A DNA stretch of 38,058 nt, taken from NCBI GenBank assembly GCA_043228905.1, contig JBHGNT010000297.1:1-38058 (forward strand), given 5' to 3'. Shown piece after piece: positions 24,001 to 36,051 of the stretch. The DNA comes from Azolla caroliniana. Lineage: Eukaryota > Plantae > Polypodiophyta. Made by a program: the position numbers and the translations under genes. How positions within the stretch are numbered: the stretch's first letter is position 1; the number at the start of each line of letters is the position of its first letter. Below the pieces are notes generated by a model, which saw only the letters and a program-made list of their open reading frames with translations, was not told the origin of the DNA and searched no databases.

Positions 24001-24870
24001 AGATCGATCATAATGTGGTGCCCGTTGGCGAATGGTTAGATAAACGTGGCGGCCCGTTAGGCTGCCCACTGTGCTCTCTACCTATTGAGTCTCTGAGACA
24101 TTGTTTGTGGGATTGCCCTCAAGCTCAAAAGGTATGGGATAGAGTGACTCGCCTCCTTGTGGCATGTGAAGTTGAAGGAACAGCCTCGTGGAGCGCTGCG
24201 GCATGGATTGATCACTCGGTCGAAGGGTGGACGGACGCCGTCAATGCGGATAGTTGGTGCTATGTATGCACGAGAGGCAAAATCCTCAAGATCTGTTTTG
24301 AAAGAGGCTTGCAGCCCGCATCCCCTAGGTTTCCGGATATCTGGATGTTGATCGCAGGTCTCACCTTGTGGTATATATGGAAAGCGCGTTGCCTCAAGGT
24401 CTTCCAAGGTACGGTACGGCCCCCGGAGGAAGTTATTCTGGACATATGGTTCGCGCTTATCAGCTGCCTACAAGGGCAACTGGAAGAGGTTTGCAGCCAC
24501 TCCAACGACGTGACCACTGCCCGTTTGCGCTTTTGGCAGAAATGGCGGAACACACCTATGGTGATGCAAGGCGGGAGTGGCCCGAGGTGGAACTACCAGC
24601 CCCCACGTTGGTTGTTTCCTACTCACCTGCCACCCTCTCTTTGGTGTAGGCCCCAAGAGCCGACTCGTACTAGGCAACATTGAAGGGCATCGCCTTGGAT
24701 ATAGGTAGCTTCTTACATTAAGTTAGGCCGCAAGGCAATGTAAGTGGCTCATCTTCTTTGGCTTGATCGGAGGAAGTCTCCCCGATGTGTGTATAAGTCT
24801 CCTTATAGACTCTATGTAATAATCCTTCCTAACTAATGGGAAAGTAGCTTTACTTTGGAAAAAAAAAAAA
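21025..24870 (+). mobile_element. 5'-truncated L1/Tx1-clade LINE (LINE-B) with poly(A) tail
   Basis: Begins at the end of the EN domain (IYISSS...SDHQPV); RT and zf-RVT present; ends TAACTAATGGGAAAGTAGCTTTACTTTGG(A)12. No TSD found. Confidence 0.93.
21027..24683 (+). pseudogene. LINE-B ORF2, truncated, with one in-frame TAG at 23871-23873
   Basis: ORFs 20988..23873 and 23874..24683 are contiguous in one frame: LDFEKAYDRV, RQGCPLAP, EYADD, CPLC..ESLRHCLWDCP, LWYIWKARC. Confidence 0.92.
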
Positions 24871-25179
24871 TATCTACGTGAAATAAAAAATACTTGCATA
24901 TGTTTGTAAGCAGAAAAAAGTTTGCATTAACTCCGTCTTTGAGAAATAGCCCTAGAAAAAGTTAATATAATTTAGCTTTTGTATCTTACAAAAAGAAGTG
25001 AAATGAAATATCTCCTTCTATTTTTCTTATGTAGACTTTTCAAGGAATATACTAAGGTGTATCTTCCTTTAAAAATTTAATAATAATAAAATAAAACATT
25101 CACAAAATGGTTAATAATACTATAAAAGAAAAATACCTATTAAAGCAACGTCCCTTAGTGTTAATCAAATATGCACTAA

Positions 25180-25562
25180 GGGACTATATAACTCGTTGTA
25201 ATTACATGTTAATTTATGGGATTAAGCTAGTATAACTCGGTGTAAATTCATAGAATTGGATTTTAATGTAACTTTTTCAATTGAAATTTTTTATATATAA
25301 TATAATTTTGATAATTTAGTTTGATTTATAATGTATTTTGAAAAATAAAGAGGTATAAATTGGTCAAAATAGGTATATAGTGGCATTATGATAAATAAGT
25401 TTAGGTTCAAGGTACTCTGGTAAATAAGGCTTGTATATTTGAGTGTATAATTACTTTATAGATTGTATTTTTTTGGACATAGGGATAGTTTGGTAAATTT
25501 AGAACTTCAAGGGGCATTCTAGTAAATAGACAAACTTCCAGGGGTATCTTGGTACTTTTCCC
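25180..25562. mobile_element. Possible Mutator-like MITE remnant
   Basis: The right end GGGGTATCTTGGTACTTTTCCC resembles MULE termini, and the block interrupts homology with SAUR unit 1; no matching left TIR or TSD. Confidence 0.35.
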
Positions 25563-26292
25563 ATATTTCAATTAATTTATATCACTCATCCCGTATTCCT
25601 TTCAAAGACAAGAGACTTGAAGAAAAGTCTCCCTTTCTATGACTTTGTAGCACATAAAAGAGATATCTTGCAATGTCTTGTTTAGATGTATCACATTTTA
25701 CTATGATCATCTTTTCATGATTATTGAAAACATGGTATTTTAAATTACCCATGCAAAGCTAATCGTGTTATAAACCTTGATGGCTTTCTTATCATAAACG
25801 AAAGCAAGTTTCAAGTACACTGACATATATGTACATGCATTTACTTTACTAGCTTGAAATGGCCTAAGTTTAAGTACTGACAAAATATATGCATTAAGAC
25901 ATGTAAAAACCAAATTTGAATCCTCCTTCCTAAACACGCATTTGTCATTTGACACTTGATCAATGTATTAAGTATTTAACTTCCTTCATGATGAGACCCT
26001 CCTAATAGACACCATCCATGTACATTGATACGAGAGGAAGATACCGAATTGACGAAGGGTTTCTTAAATATTGTCGAGAAAGAGGGGACATATGTACTTA
26101 AGGAAATGCTACATTATATTCTAGAGACTTTATTGTAATTTGTATTGTTCATGATATCTTCTTAAAATCTTTGTGTTGTACTAGTGGTCATTTATTATTC
26201 TCATTGTTTAACACGTTCAGTTTAGATGTTTTATTTTTCTTAAATATTCATTGAATAATGACTTATAGAAATCGATGTCAAAGTGACCTAAC

Positions 26293-26502
26293 CATAGTAT
26301 GAACCATACCTACCATACGTGCATTCGCGTAAGAAAAACACCCTCAAAGAATGATAACTACCATACTTTTGGATTAACTATTTATTATGAGGTAGGGAAA
26401 AAACAAAAAAAAACACAAGAATGTTTGAATAACATTCGCATTCGTTTTCCAATGTAGGAAAACGAATGTTCTGCTAGATGAACACGAATTTTACGTACTA
26501 TG
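26293..26502. mobile_element. hAT-type MITE (210 bp), TIR CATAGTA, 8-bp TSD GACCTAAC, in the SAUR3 upstream region
   Basis: GACCTAAC at 26285-26292 and 26503-26510; reverse-complement relative of 33559-33757. Confidence 0.9.
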
Positions 26503-26972
26503 GACCTAACTAACTTAGGTCGGAGGAAGACACTCTCAGGAACCAACATGAACTATTGATTATTTCCTTATAACTGTTTCGTTGCACGAGATAGTCAAAC
26601 CGAATGACAAAGACAGAGAAAAGAATGGGAGACAAGATAAAGTTGTTTGTGTATTTTTTGAAATATGTCAAGGACAATGACTTCCTATGTGAAGCTTGAG
26701 AGAACATTACAAAGGCAGAATCTATCTTCTCATATAAGTGAGGGAAGGTGCACATATCACCTACAAAGATTTGGACTGTGATAAAACATAGGAGCTCTAA
26801 TCCTAGTTCTAAACATAAATAAAGAAAGTTGTTGACTATGGGGAGGTGTGTGATTTGTAAGAATTTCATTTATATAAATTAATCTCAAATCATTATAAAT
26901 ATAATATTATTTCATTTTGATCAACAATGCCATGGTGAACCTTATATAGGTTGCTCGCATGTTTATTAATCA

Positions 26973-26976
<4 letters not shown>

Positions 26977-27022
<46 letters not shown>
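26977..27022. repeat. (CT)23 microsatellite at the SAUR3 5' end
   Basis: Perfect CT run; about (CT)5 in copies 1-2, interrupted in copy 4. Confidence 0.95.
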
Positions 27023-27023
<1 letters not shown>

Positions 27024-27167
27024 GTGTTTCTTCAATTTTATTTCTTAAACAAGTTATACAACCTATATTGTTTTGGGTTCACAAGCCAAATTAACCTCTT
27101 TAGAGACATCAATACTCTTCTTCTTTTCTACCTCTCTATACCAGGGGCATTCAAAGTGTACTCACAA

Positions 27168-27713
27168 ATGGTGAGGAATCAGAGGGGGATATTCAAGAGC
27201 ATGCAACCATTGATGTGCTCTAATATAGTGTTACCCAAGTGTGGTAGATTTGTGCATCCTTATCACTCCAATAATGAAGCTTTCAATGAATTAGATTATC
27301 TAGAACAACGTGAACCATTGTTCACTTCTAATAATAATAATGATAAACCTTATCATAATGGTACTAATGATAATAATATTGAATATTTACCGAGGTCACC
27401 ACTGAATTCATTATCAAAATCATTATCCTATTTCATGTCACCGTTAAGGCGCCCCTCAAACGTGGCTAATATCGATACTAGTTGCAAGAAGAAGAGTTTC
27501 AGCAAAACACCTCGAGGCTACTTTGCTTTGTATGTGGGCGAAGAAAGGAGACGATTTCTTTTAAAGGCAAATATGATTAACCATCCTTTGTTTGCAACCT
27601 TATTAGAGAAGGCTAATGAAGAATTCCGGTTCGATCAAGAGGGACCCATCACAATTCCGTGTGATATTGCCTTCTTTGAGCATATCATTTTGTTAGTCGA
27701 ATCCAACAATTAA
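27168..27713 (+). CDS. SAUR: SAUR auxin-responsive family protein, copy 3 (181 aa)
   Basis: TPRGYFALYVGEERRRFLLKANMINHPLFATLLEKANEEFRFDQEGPITIPCD; ATG homologous to copies 1-2. Confidence 0.93.
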   Translation: MVRNQRGIFKSMQPLMCSNIVLPKCGRFVHPYHSNNEAFNELDYLEQREPLFTSNNNNDKPYHNGTNDNNIEYLPRSPLNSLSKSLSYFMSPLRRPSNVANIDTSCKKKSFSKTPRGYFALYVGEERRRFLLKANMINHPLFATLLEKANEEFRFDQEGPITIPCDIAFFEHIILLVESNN

Positions 27714-28507
27714 TCTTACACTAATGCATCAATCTCATAAATGTGTGATTGATATATTTGTAATGGTATTGGTTCATTCATCCCCACTTTTACATGTACA
27801 TGATCAAATTTAATATTCGCGTAAAACAAAATAGTTATGAGTTGAACTCCAAAAACTATGTGACAATGTATGGGATTAATTTATGTAATCACACCATATC
27901 TCCAAATTCTGATAAAGGGTTTCTTGGATGAAGAAAAAGATGAAATCATAAACCAAAACGTTTTGTGTCATATCATTTTGTAGATTTTAGAAAGGTGTCA
28001 GAAACAATAGAAAACATGCATTTGGCATTTTCTAGCAAAAAGTTTAATTCATGCAATCAAATCCTGGTTGTTGGGCACTTGTAGCATTTGTGATCAACAT
28101 TCATGTGTAGCATGTGTGATCTAAGTTCTTTTGTCTACTTTGATTTGTGTTGTTTTGCTCTTCCAACTCCCCATCCACTTGTCCATATGCTCAAATCTCT
28201 TCACTCACTCATCCACTCACCACCTCTTCACCTCTCTTATCTTATACACTCCACTTGTTTGTATATCTTCACATCCACAAACATATTTGCCAAATTTTTG
28301 TAAAAGCCAACGTATAATTATCTCATTGTCGTGCACAAATATTTTCCAAAAACCTAGTATTTTTGCCTTGATTGAGACATACATATGAGTGTTCAGAACA
28401 ATTCTCGAGCACTAAAACAATTGCAATGTTTTGACGTTGTCAAGGAAATGGGCAAGCATATGGAAGCAGGAGGAGCAAAGTCATTGTCGGCCATAATTTT
28501 TTACCTG

Positions 28508-28978
28508 AAACATTACCTCATCACAATGAAGTGGTATATCAAAGCTAATGTTCAACATGATGTACCACTTCACCTATTAGTTCCATGTATACACCATTTA
28601 AGGATGGTCAATTATGGCCATTGGTTCCATGTATGTAGTTTTATGTGAACCTTATGTACAATGTACACCATTCTATAGCTCTCACATGATTCTCCAATTT
28701 ACATATGGCCACTTGCATTAAGCACTTTGGACTAATACACCTCAAACATTACCTCATCACAACGAAGTGGTATATCAAAGCTAATGTTCAACGTGATGTA
28801 CCACTTCACCTATTAGTTCCATGTATACACCATTTAAGGATGGTCAATTATGGCCATTAGTTCCATGTATGTAGTTTTATGTGAACCTTATGTACAATGT
28901 ACACCATTCTATAGCTCTCACATGATTCTCCAATTTACACATGGCCACTCGCATTAACCACTTTGGACTAATACAACT
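28508..28978. repeat. Tandem 236-bp duplication
   Basis: AAACATTACCTCATCACAA at 28508 and 28744. Confidence 0.93.
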
Positions 28979-29071
28979 CTAGGAAACCCAAGTCTAGCAT
29001 AATCTTTACCTTTTTCTCCGTCAACATATTTTGCAGGATGAGTCAAATGAAAATGTCTTCTTTGTTGATGG

Positions 29072-29484
29072 TAGCTATGGCCCGACTTCAACTCAAACCA
29101 AACCGAATCGTTAAGTTATGGTTTAAGGGTTTATTAGTTCCAACATAATTAAAATGTTTGGTTTAGTTCAACTATTATTAAGCGGTTTGGTTCTAAAACT
29201 CGAGTTTCTCAGTTTTTGGTTAAATTTTTTATTTCCTTATGGTTTAATTAATGTTTTCTTGTTTAATGATTTTAGTAATTTAACTTACATGCTTATTTGA
29301 TTTAATGGTTATTTAATTACTTAATTGATTTGGCTCAAAAGGTTATGTTTAAATTTGTGATTAAATGGTTCGGTTAGATTTTAACTTTTCCATAAACTAT
29401 CTCCTTCTGTATTTTGTGTGTACAGTTTTCAAGTAATATACGAAGGTGCATGTTTCATTGAAAAAATAAATAAATCTTTCATCA
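29072..29484. mobile_element. Truncated paralogous copy of the 20449-20970 MITE with its left flank
   Basis: 28907-29484 is colinear with 20285-20866; right TIR and TSD are missing. Confidence 0.8.
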
Positions 29485-29684
29485 ACTTTAATAAATCAAT
29501 AAAAGAAACTTTAATTGAACCATTAAATTAAATTAATTAAATCAATAAAAAACCATTAATTAAACCATTATATCATTTCATTTATATAAATTTAATCTCA
29601 AATCATTAGGAATATAGTATTATTTCATTTTGATCAACATTGCCATGGTGAGCTATTGGTTGCTCGCATGTTTATTAATCACCA

Positions 29685-29716
<32 letters not shown>

Positions 29717-29862
29717 GTGTTTCTTCAATTTTATTTCTAAAACAAGTTATACAATCTATATATTGTTTTGGGTTCACAAGCCAAATTAACCTCTTTAGAG
29801 ACGTCAATATTCTTCTTCTTTTCTACCCCTCTATACTAGGGGCATTCAAAGTATACTCACAA

Positions 29863-30395
29863 ACAGTGATGAATCGGTGGGGGATATTCAAGAGCATGCA
29901 ACCATTGATGTGCTCTACTATAGTGTTACCCAAGTGTGCTAGATTCGTGCATCCTTATCTCTCCAATAATGAAGCTTTCAATGAATTAGATTATCTGGAA
30001 CGACATGACCCATTGTTCACTTCTACTAATAATGATGATAATAAGGATGATGATGATAATAATATTGAATATTTACCGAGGTCACCCTCAATTCATTATC
30101 AAAATCATTATCCTATTTCATGTCACCGTTAAGGCGCCCGTCAAACATGATTGATATCGATACTAGTTGGAAGAAGAGTTTCAACAAAACACCTCGAGTC
30201 TATATTGCTTTGTATGTGGGCGAAGAAAAGAGACGATTTCTTTTAAAGGCAAATATGATTGGCCATCCTTTGTTTGCAATTTTATAAGGGAAGGCTAATG
30301 AAGAATTCGGGTTCAATCAAGAGGGACCCATCACAATTCTGTGTGATATTGCCTTCTTTGAGCATATCATGTTGTTAGTCGAATCCAACAATTAA
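29863..30395 (+). pseudogene. SAUR: SAUR copy 4 pseudogene
   Basis: Paralog of copy 3. The ancestral ATG is changed to ACA, there is a 1-bp deletion near 30087, an in-frame TAA at 30285-30287 in the SAUR domain, and the TATA box is lost. Confidence 0.92.
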
Positions 30396-30611
30396 TCTTA
30401 CACTAATGCATCAATCTCATAAATGTGTTATCGATCATTTTTTAATGATATTGGTTTATTCATCCCAGTTTTTAATGTACGTGATCAAATTTAAGATTCG
30501 AGTAAAACAAAATAGTTATGAGTTGAACTCCAAAAACTGTGTGACAATGTATGGCATTAATTTATGTGATCACACCATATCACCAAATTTTGATAAAGGG
30601 TTTCTTGGATG

Positions 30612-31288
30612 TGATGCAAAAACGAGATCTCGGCCACAATCGAGTTTAAATGTGGAAACAGGAACACAAGCAAAATAGAGAGGAAACCGAAATAAATGTG
30701 CAGAAGATGTTAACGTGGAAAACCCCAAATAGGGTAAAAACCACGAGTGCCCACAAGCAACGAACAAAACATGCACCAACCTGAGTTCGCTTCCTTCACC
30801 AATAGGCAGTTACAACAGAGATGTTCTCGTCCTCTCTCTCTCACTTCGTCTGTTTAGCTATGGAGGCAACGACCTCACACACACAATACACAGTTACACA
30901 CAACAAGCTACTCAACTACGCCTCAAACAGTTTGCCCTAGTTATCTTTATGCTAAGATAACTTTCGGGCTATTTACATGACTGGCCTAAATACGATCATT
31001 ACAAAACCTATTTACGTATTTGACATTTTTAGATACTTAGCCAGACTCCATACGATGTTGAGATTAGAGTCATCTAATCCGACACACACCTCAATCCTGA
31101 ATTCAGCCCATCCGAAAAGGATCTATTCTCGAATCTTAACAAACTCCCAATTCACTTCAAATGGGGCTTCACCAGTTCGATCCAACTCTGATGTGCTTTT
31201 AGCCTTTCTGTTGACAACACCTTTGTCGTTAGAGCAAACTCCCTATCTTCTTCCCACTCTCAACTCCAATGATATCTTATTTGAATAT
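30612..31288 (-). mobile_element. 3' LTR (30612-31141) plus short internal remnant of a minus-strand, probably Copia, retrotransposon
   Basis: Starts exactly where homology to the SAUR3 downstream region stops. Minus-strand ends are TGTTAAG...GCATCA, preceded by purine-rich GAAGTGAATTGGGAGTT (PPT-like). Confidence 0.6.
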
Positions 31289-31466
31289 TGTTGAGCAAGC
31301 AAGCTCAACGTGGGTCGGATTGACTGAACAAGCCGAGAGCCTGATCAAAGCGCCTGGATCGGAGATCCGGACTTGAGAGTCAGATCGGTGAGTCGTGTTC
31401 GGGAGCCAGACCCATGTGCGAACCGGTAGGCCGTTGGAGGCCTACCCTCCTAGTCTACTAAGTAGT

Positions 31467-31967
31467 TGTCACGAACATGACAACAATCATGTCAAGATTC
31501 GAACTCTTCACTTCTTGTATATAGTCAAGTGTTATGTTTTAACCAACACATCCAAATACATGGTCATGTCATCTATAACTTAGTAGATTATTAGTACATT
31601 ATCTATTCCAACTTCTAGGAGTTTTTAGAAGCTTCTGCATGAAAATGGGTCGATGCATGGAACTACATGTAGCCCACAAACATGTATAAATACTTGTAGC
31701 TTCCTTGATCCCTTTCAAGGGATTCAATGCCAGTTACTTACACATCAATCTAGTATTCGTATTTAGCCCCATCTTCTCACCTTGATTTATACATCTCTGT
31801 CTTTATGCTCTTGTATTGTTCCTAGCGGCTTAAGTTCCTCATCTCGTCGCTCTCAATTTCCCGAGTTTCTAGCCTCATCACATCGAGTTCCACATTTGTA
31901 GCTTTATCAGTCATAGCCTCGTGTCATCCGTTCTTCGTCGTGGTCCATGGTTGGTGTGTTTGTGACA
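31467..31967 (+). mobile_element. Solo LTR (TGTCAC...GTGACA, probably Gypsy) inserted in the Copia 5' LTR
   Basis: Inverted termini, internal TATAAATA on the + strand; flanks GTAGT/GCAAT (decayed TSD). Confidence 0.8.
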
Positions 31968-32337
31968 GCAATTATGTGCCTATGAGTTAGTGTCAGTGGC
32001 TCAGTAGGAGCATTGAAGTACTTGTATAAATGTGCTTTCTGAACACATTTGATGTATAGAGTTTATTGAGTATTTTTAATATAGTTTTGTGTGTTTTGCT
32101 CTCTTTGTCTCTCCCACGTACTCTTTGTGTGTTTCAAGCTTTCCATTAAACCTGCATATACTTTCCGTTGCTATCTGACAATGTTGGTTGTGTCTATACG
32201 CTTCTGCACGTCAACTTTTACATGGTTGCAAAGCGCGAGGGTTGAGAATCCTCTATTGGCGACAGAAAGAGCTTAGACAAACCAAGACCTTGCTTCCGGT
32301 AGAGAACAGAAAGAAAGAAGGAAAGAATGGACAGAAG

Positions 32338-32757
32338 TGTCACAGACACACCAACTGTGGACTTGGACGGAGCACGGATGATGGGGCTAAGAGCGTGGAA
32401 CTTAAGAAGCTAGGAATGAAACAAGAGCATGACGACAGAGATAAAGATCAAGGAGACAAGATGGGGCAAAACAAGAACAATAGATTGATGTGTCAATGAC
32501 TGGTGTTGAACCCCTTTAAAGGGACCAAGGAGATTACAAGTATTTATACATGTTTGTGGGCTCTACATGTAGTTCTATGCATAGACTCATTTTCATGCAG
32601 AAGCTTCTAAAAACTCCCAGAACTTGGAAGAGATAATCTACTAATAGATGCATAACATGATTATGTATTTGGATGTGTTGGTTAGAACAAAACACTTGAC
32701 TATATACAAGAGGTGAAGAGTTTGAATCTTGACATGACTCTTGTCATGTCTGTGACA
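32338..32757 (-). mobile_element. Solo LTR of the same family in opposite orientation, perfect 5-bp TSD AGAAG
   Basis: Reverse complement aligns with 31467-31967; AGAAG at 32333-32337 and 32758-32762. Confidence 0.88.
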
Positions 32758-33558
32758 AGAAGCATGGCAAGCTCCCTTGTTACAAAAAAGCTCGACTGGA
32801 GCAACTACGCATCTTAGTCGTACAAGATGCACCATTACCTATTGGGACATGGCTACTAGAGTTACGTAGGAGTGAATGAGGTAGCACCAGAGCCGGCACA
32901 CAAGGACTTCTCGGCATGGGAACGAGGAGCAACCATAGTGTTGTACTACCTCGCATCCTATGTGCACGATCAGATGCTCAACTACATTAGAGACGTGAAA
33001 ATGACAGGAGGAGCCGGAGAAAAAGGGCTAGTGGATACTAACATGACGGACCGACCTCAAGTTGAGCTTGACGGGGAGTGTTGAGCGGGCAAGCTCAACG
33101 TGGGCCGGATCGGTTGAACAAGCCAAGAGCCGGATAAGTGAGTCTGATTCGAGAGCCGGATCGGAGAACCAGATTGTGTCGAAATCATTCTACGTTCCTC
33201 AAAAAAATCTTTGTTTGCCATATCATGCACATACTATTAAAAACAATTGGGGCATTAGATATTTGTGGTTGTACTTACCCCCCACGTTATCTTATTCAAA
33301 CCAAATGCTCCTTCTAGGTCTTGACCGTAGTGGTTGTAATGTGATAATGGTATGCGGATTAAGCTAGTCTTGTTATATAGTATGGTGCAACAATGTAAAT
33401 AAAGTATGAATCTCCAAGTGGGCACATGCATGAGGTCACAACATATATTCCATGATTGCTATATAACATGATATGCAAAGGTGGGCTATTAATGGACATA
33501 GTGGTTCCTTTATTTGATGATAAAAACGGTATATATGACGATTGTTGAGAATCCTAGG

Positions 33559-33757
33559 CATAGTACGTAAAATTCGTGTTCGTCTAGCATAAATTCGTTT
33601 TCCTACATTGGAAAACGAATGCAAATGTTATTCAAACATTCTTGTGTGTTTTTTCCCATTTTTTTAAAGGTTTTTTTGTTTTTTCCATTTTTTTAGGTTT
33701 ATTTACCTCATAATAAATAGTTAATCCAAAAGTATGGTAAGTATGGTTCATACTATG
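33559..33757. mobile_element. hAT-type MITE (199 bp), TIR CATAGTA, 8-bp TSD ATCCTAGG
   Basis: TSD at 33551-33558 and 33758-33765; the empty site is visible in the paralog near 14150 (ATACTAGG). Confidence 0.93.
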
Positions 33758-34825
33758 ATCCTAGGCCAATTCTTGTAGAAAAAGAAGTTTGAACTTCCCT
33801 TTATAAACAATTATGACGAAAGCTATCATATGTTCTAAGGTTCCACGATGCATGAGGAGATAGACCCCTTAGATCAGTCATATATATTTGTAGTTCCTTG
33901 TTATCTTCTTAGTTATTGTTATAATTTTAAATTTATAACACAATTTCATCATTTTTGCGACTACCTTTAAACATATTATGGCAATCCCGATTTGCCATGG
34001 AAACCATTTCGGTATGTACTATTGAAGGGTCCATGTAGAGAAGATATGTCAACTAGGTCTTTTCGTACATCGTAAGGGTGCATATACACGCATATGAATC
34101 CTTATAATGTTGATAAAGTCATGGAGCATGGTTTGATATGACCATATATACTCCATGCATAATAAACTCCCATATTCAAGTGTTTTTCACAACAATACAA
34201 ATAAAAAGTTATATTTTGGCATTATTTGCATCTTATCCTAAACTAGCTTTGCTTTCATGACAAACTTACACAATTACAATTCTGAATGTAGGGTGGCTTT
34301 ATAGCCTACTAGTTTACAAGTTGAAATATCTTCTCACTTCATTATCTAGATTTTATTGAGATTTGCTGCTCATATTTGTCCTTTGTTACCCTTAGGCTTC
34401 ACGAAGGGTGTTTTTCCCTAGAAGATACAAGACAAACATCCTATGTGTTTTCCATTACTATAAACCATCTAGTAAAGTTTATTTTGTCTCCGCATTGTTC
34501 CTTGTTTTATTAATTAATGGTGTTTATCGTTGTTGTACAATATATGTTTACAAATACACTAAAAATTGTGTTTAATCTTTACTAATCATGACAGCCAACA
34601 TTGCAATTAGGTCTAGTTTCACAAATGGTTTTCTTTGTAATATCAAACCGTGCGTATGATACATGTTGAAATTCACTTTTTATTATGTGCAATTTTTATA
34701 TGTATGGAAACCTTGGGCTTTCAATATGTTATTATTTATAGGTTTAAATTAATCATACATGTTAAATCATCGAAATCCCTCAGATTTAGAGCCTAAAAGG
34801 TCACTTGGCCTTGTCCACTGACTCT

Positions 34826-35353
34826 CTCTTTCTTTTCCAAAACAAATATCCTTCCGTTAGTTGTATAAAAAGTGTCATAACATCTACAACATACAAAGTT
34901 TTCCCCCCGAGCCTGTCTTGTGAAAGACACTAGTTGAGGAAACAAATCCAAAATAGAGTAAACAATCCACTAACTGTAAGCTTTTCCTTAGACACAATGC
35001 ATGGTATCATATCCATAGACAACAACCAAAGTACTTATATTCGGAAACAAGCCCTCGCAGGTCATAGTTATGAACCTTTCAATACTTCTTCAACTTGCTC
35101 TTGTCTATTGAAGATTTGCAAACGATCCATATACACTATATTGTCAAATTAACAAATATGCTTCCTCTTTCCACATCAACTATCTCGCCGATTACCACCA
35201 ACTTCCTATACATCAGAAATTGGAAGAAGGCGATCCAATACATTATACTGTCAACTCAACAAATATGGTTCCTCTTTCCACATCAACCATCTCGCCGATT
35301 ACCACCAAGTTCCTGTCATACAACAACACATTAAGTCAACAACAGAAAGTGTA
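34826..35353 (-). mobile_element. 528-bp retroposed element (truncated LINE or SINE-like) with 17-bp TSD
   Basis: CCTTGTCCACTGACTCT at 34809-34825 and 35354-35370; minus-strand 3' end CAACTAACGGAAGGATATTTGTTTTGGAAAAGAAAGAG; internal 108-bp tandem duplication (35123 and 35231). Confidence 0.8.
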
Positions 35354-36051
35354 CCTTGTCCACTGACTCTTAGGATAATACGCAATTCAAGTTATATATA
35401 TTTGGATTTTTTTGTATTTCTCATTAACATAATACTCATATGTGTGATGTGATGGTAGGTATATCTACAATGAGATCGTGAATGCTCTCCGAAGACTCCT
35501 AGATATATTCACAAGTTACAACCATTGACAATATTCAAATGTGTTGACCACTCTTGAGCTTGACATATGTTTTGTCAAATTGCCATATATTTTTAAATAT
35601 GACTATGCCATGTTAGTAGTGAGCTAAGTTATATTCAATGACCAAGTTTAATTCATTTTTTTAACTTTATATGTTTATGATACAATGTATGTTTGAGATG
35701 TTAGATTAATATAATAGTTTGTGATGTTTGGAGACCAATTTGCGTACATTTTTTAGAATGACTGTGTCATGTATGTAAATAATATGTAAGAAATGGGCTT
35801 GGTCAAGTTGGTTGGAATGCTCCTTGAATTTTAGCAATATGGCTAATGGGGGATTCCTATTCTCTTTTAATGAACGTGACATCAATGGTTTGTTTACCAT
35901 GGGAACATTCATGTATTAGATGGTGGTGCTTGGAGTTGGCCTTTTAGTATATCATAACATCGATCTTTTACTTAAAATGTGAGCATCTATTTATGATATC
36001 TATATATCTATGCAAAAACTCCTATACATTTGCTTCATAGAGTGATTTTCA

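Larger units (their letters stand above)
31289..33176 (+). mobile_element. Internally deleted Copia retrotransposon (5' LTR 31289-32222, degenerate PBS, gag remnant, PPT, truncated 3' LTR from 33079)
   Basis: TGTTGAGC..GCAAGCTCAACGTGGG at 31289 and 33079; PPT GAGCTTGACGGGGAG; PBS-like TGGTTGCAAAGC at 32223; gag-like MHHYLLGHGY*SYV / NEVAPEPAHKDFSAWERG..VLYYLASYVHDQMLNYIRD at about 32828-33003. Confidence 0.8.

Noticed and set aside
22583-24680. Long antisense and alternative-frame ORFs within the LINEs
   Set aside because: Shadows of the GC-richer ORF2; not shared between LINE-A and LINE-B.
26959-27024. uORF spanning the CT microsatellite, and longer GTG/TTG-started SAUR ORFs
   Set aside because: The ATG is only about 10 nt after the TATA box, probably upstream of the TSS, and is absent in copies 1-2; the conserved ATG is preferred.
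31467-32757. Single foldback or long-TIR DNA transposon
   Set aside because: Each arm has its own TG...CA termini and own TSD, so these are two solo LTRs.
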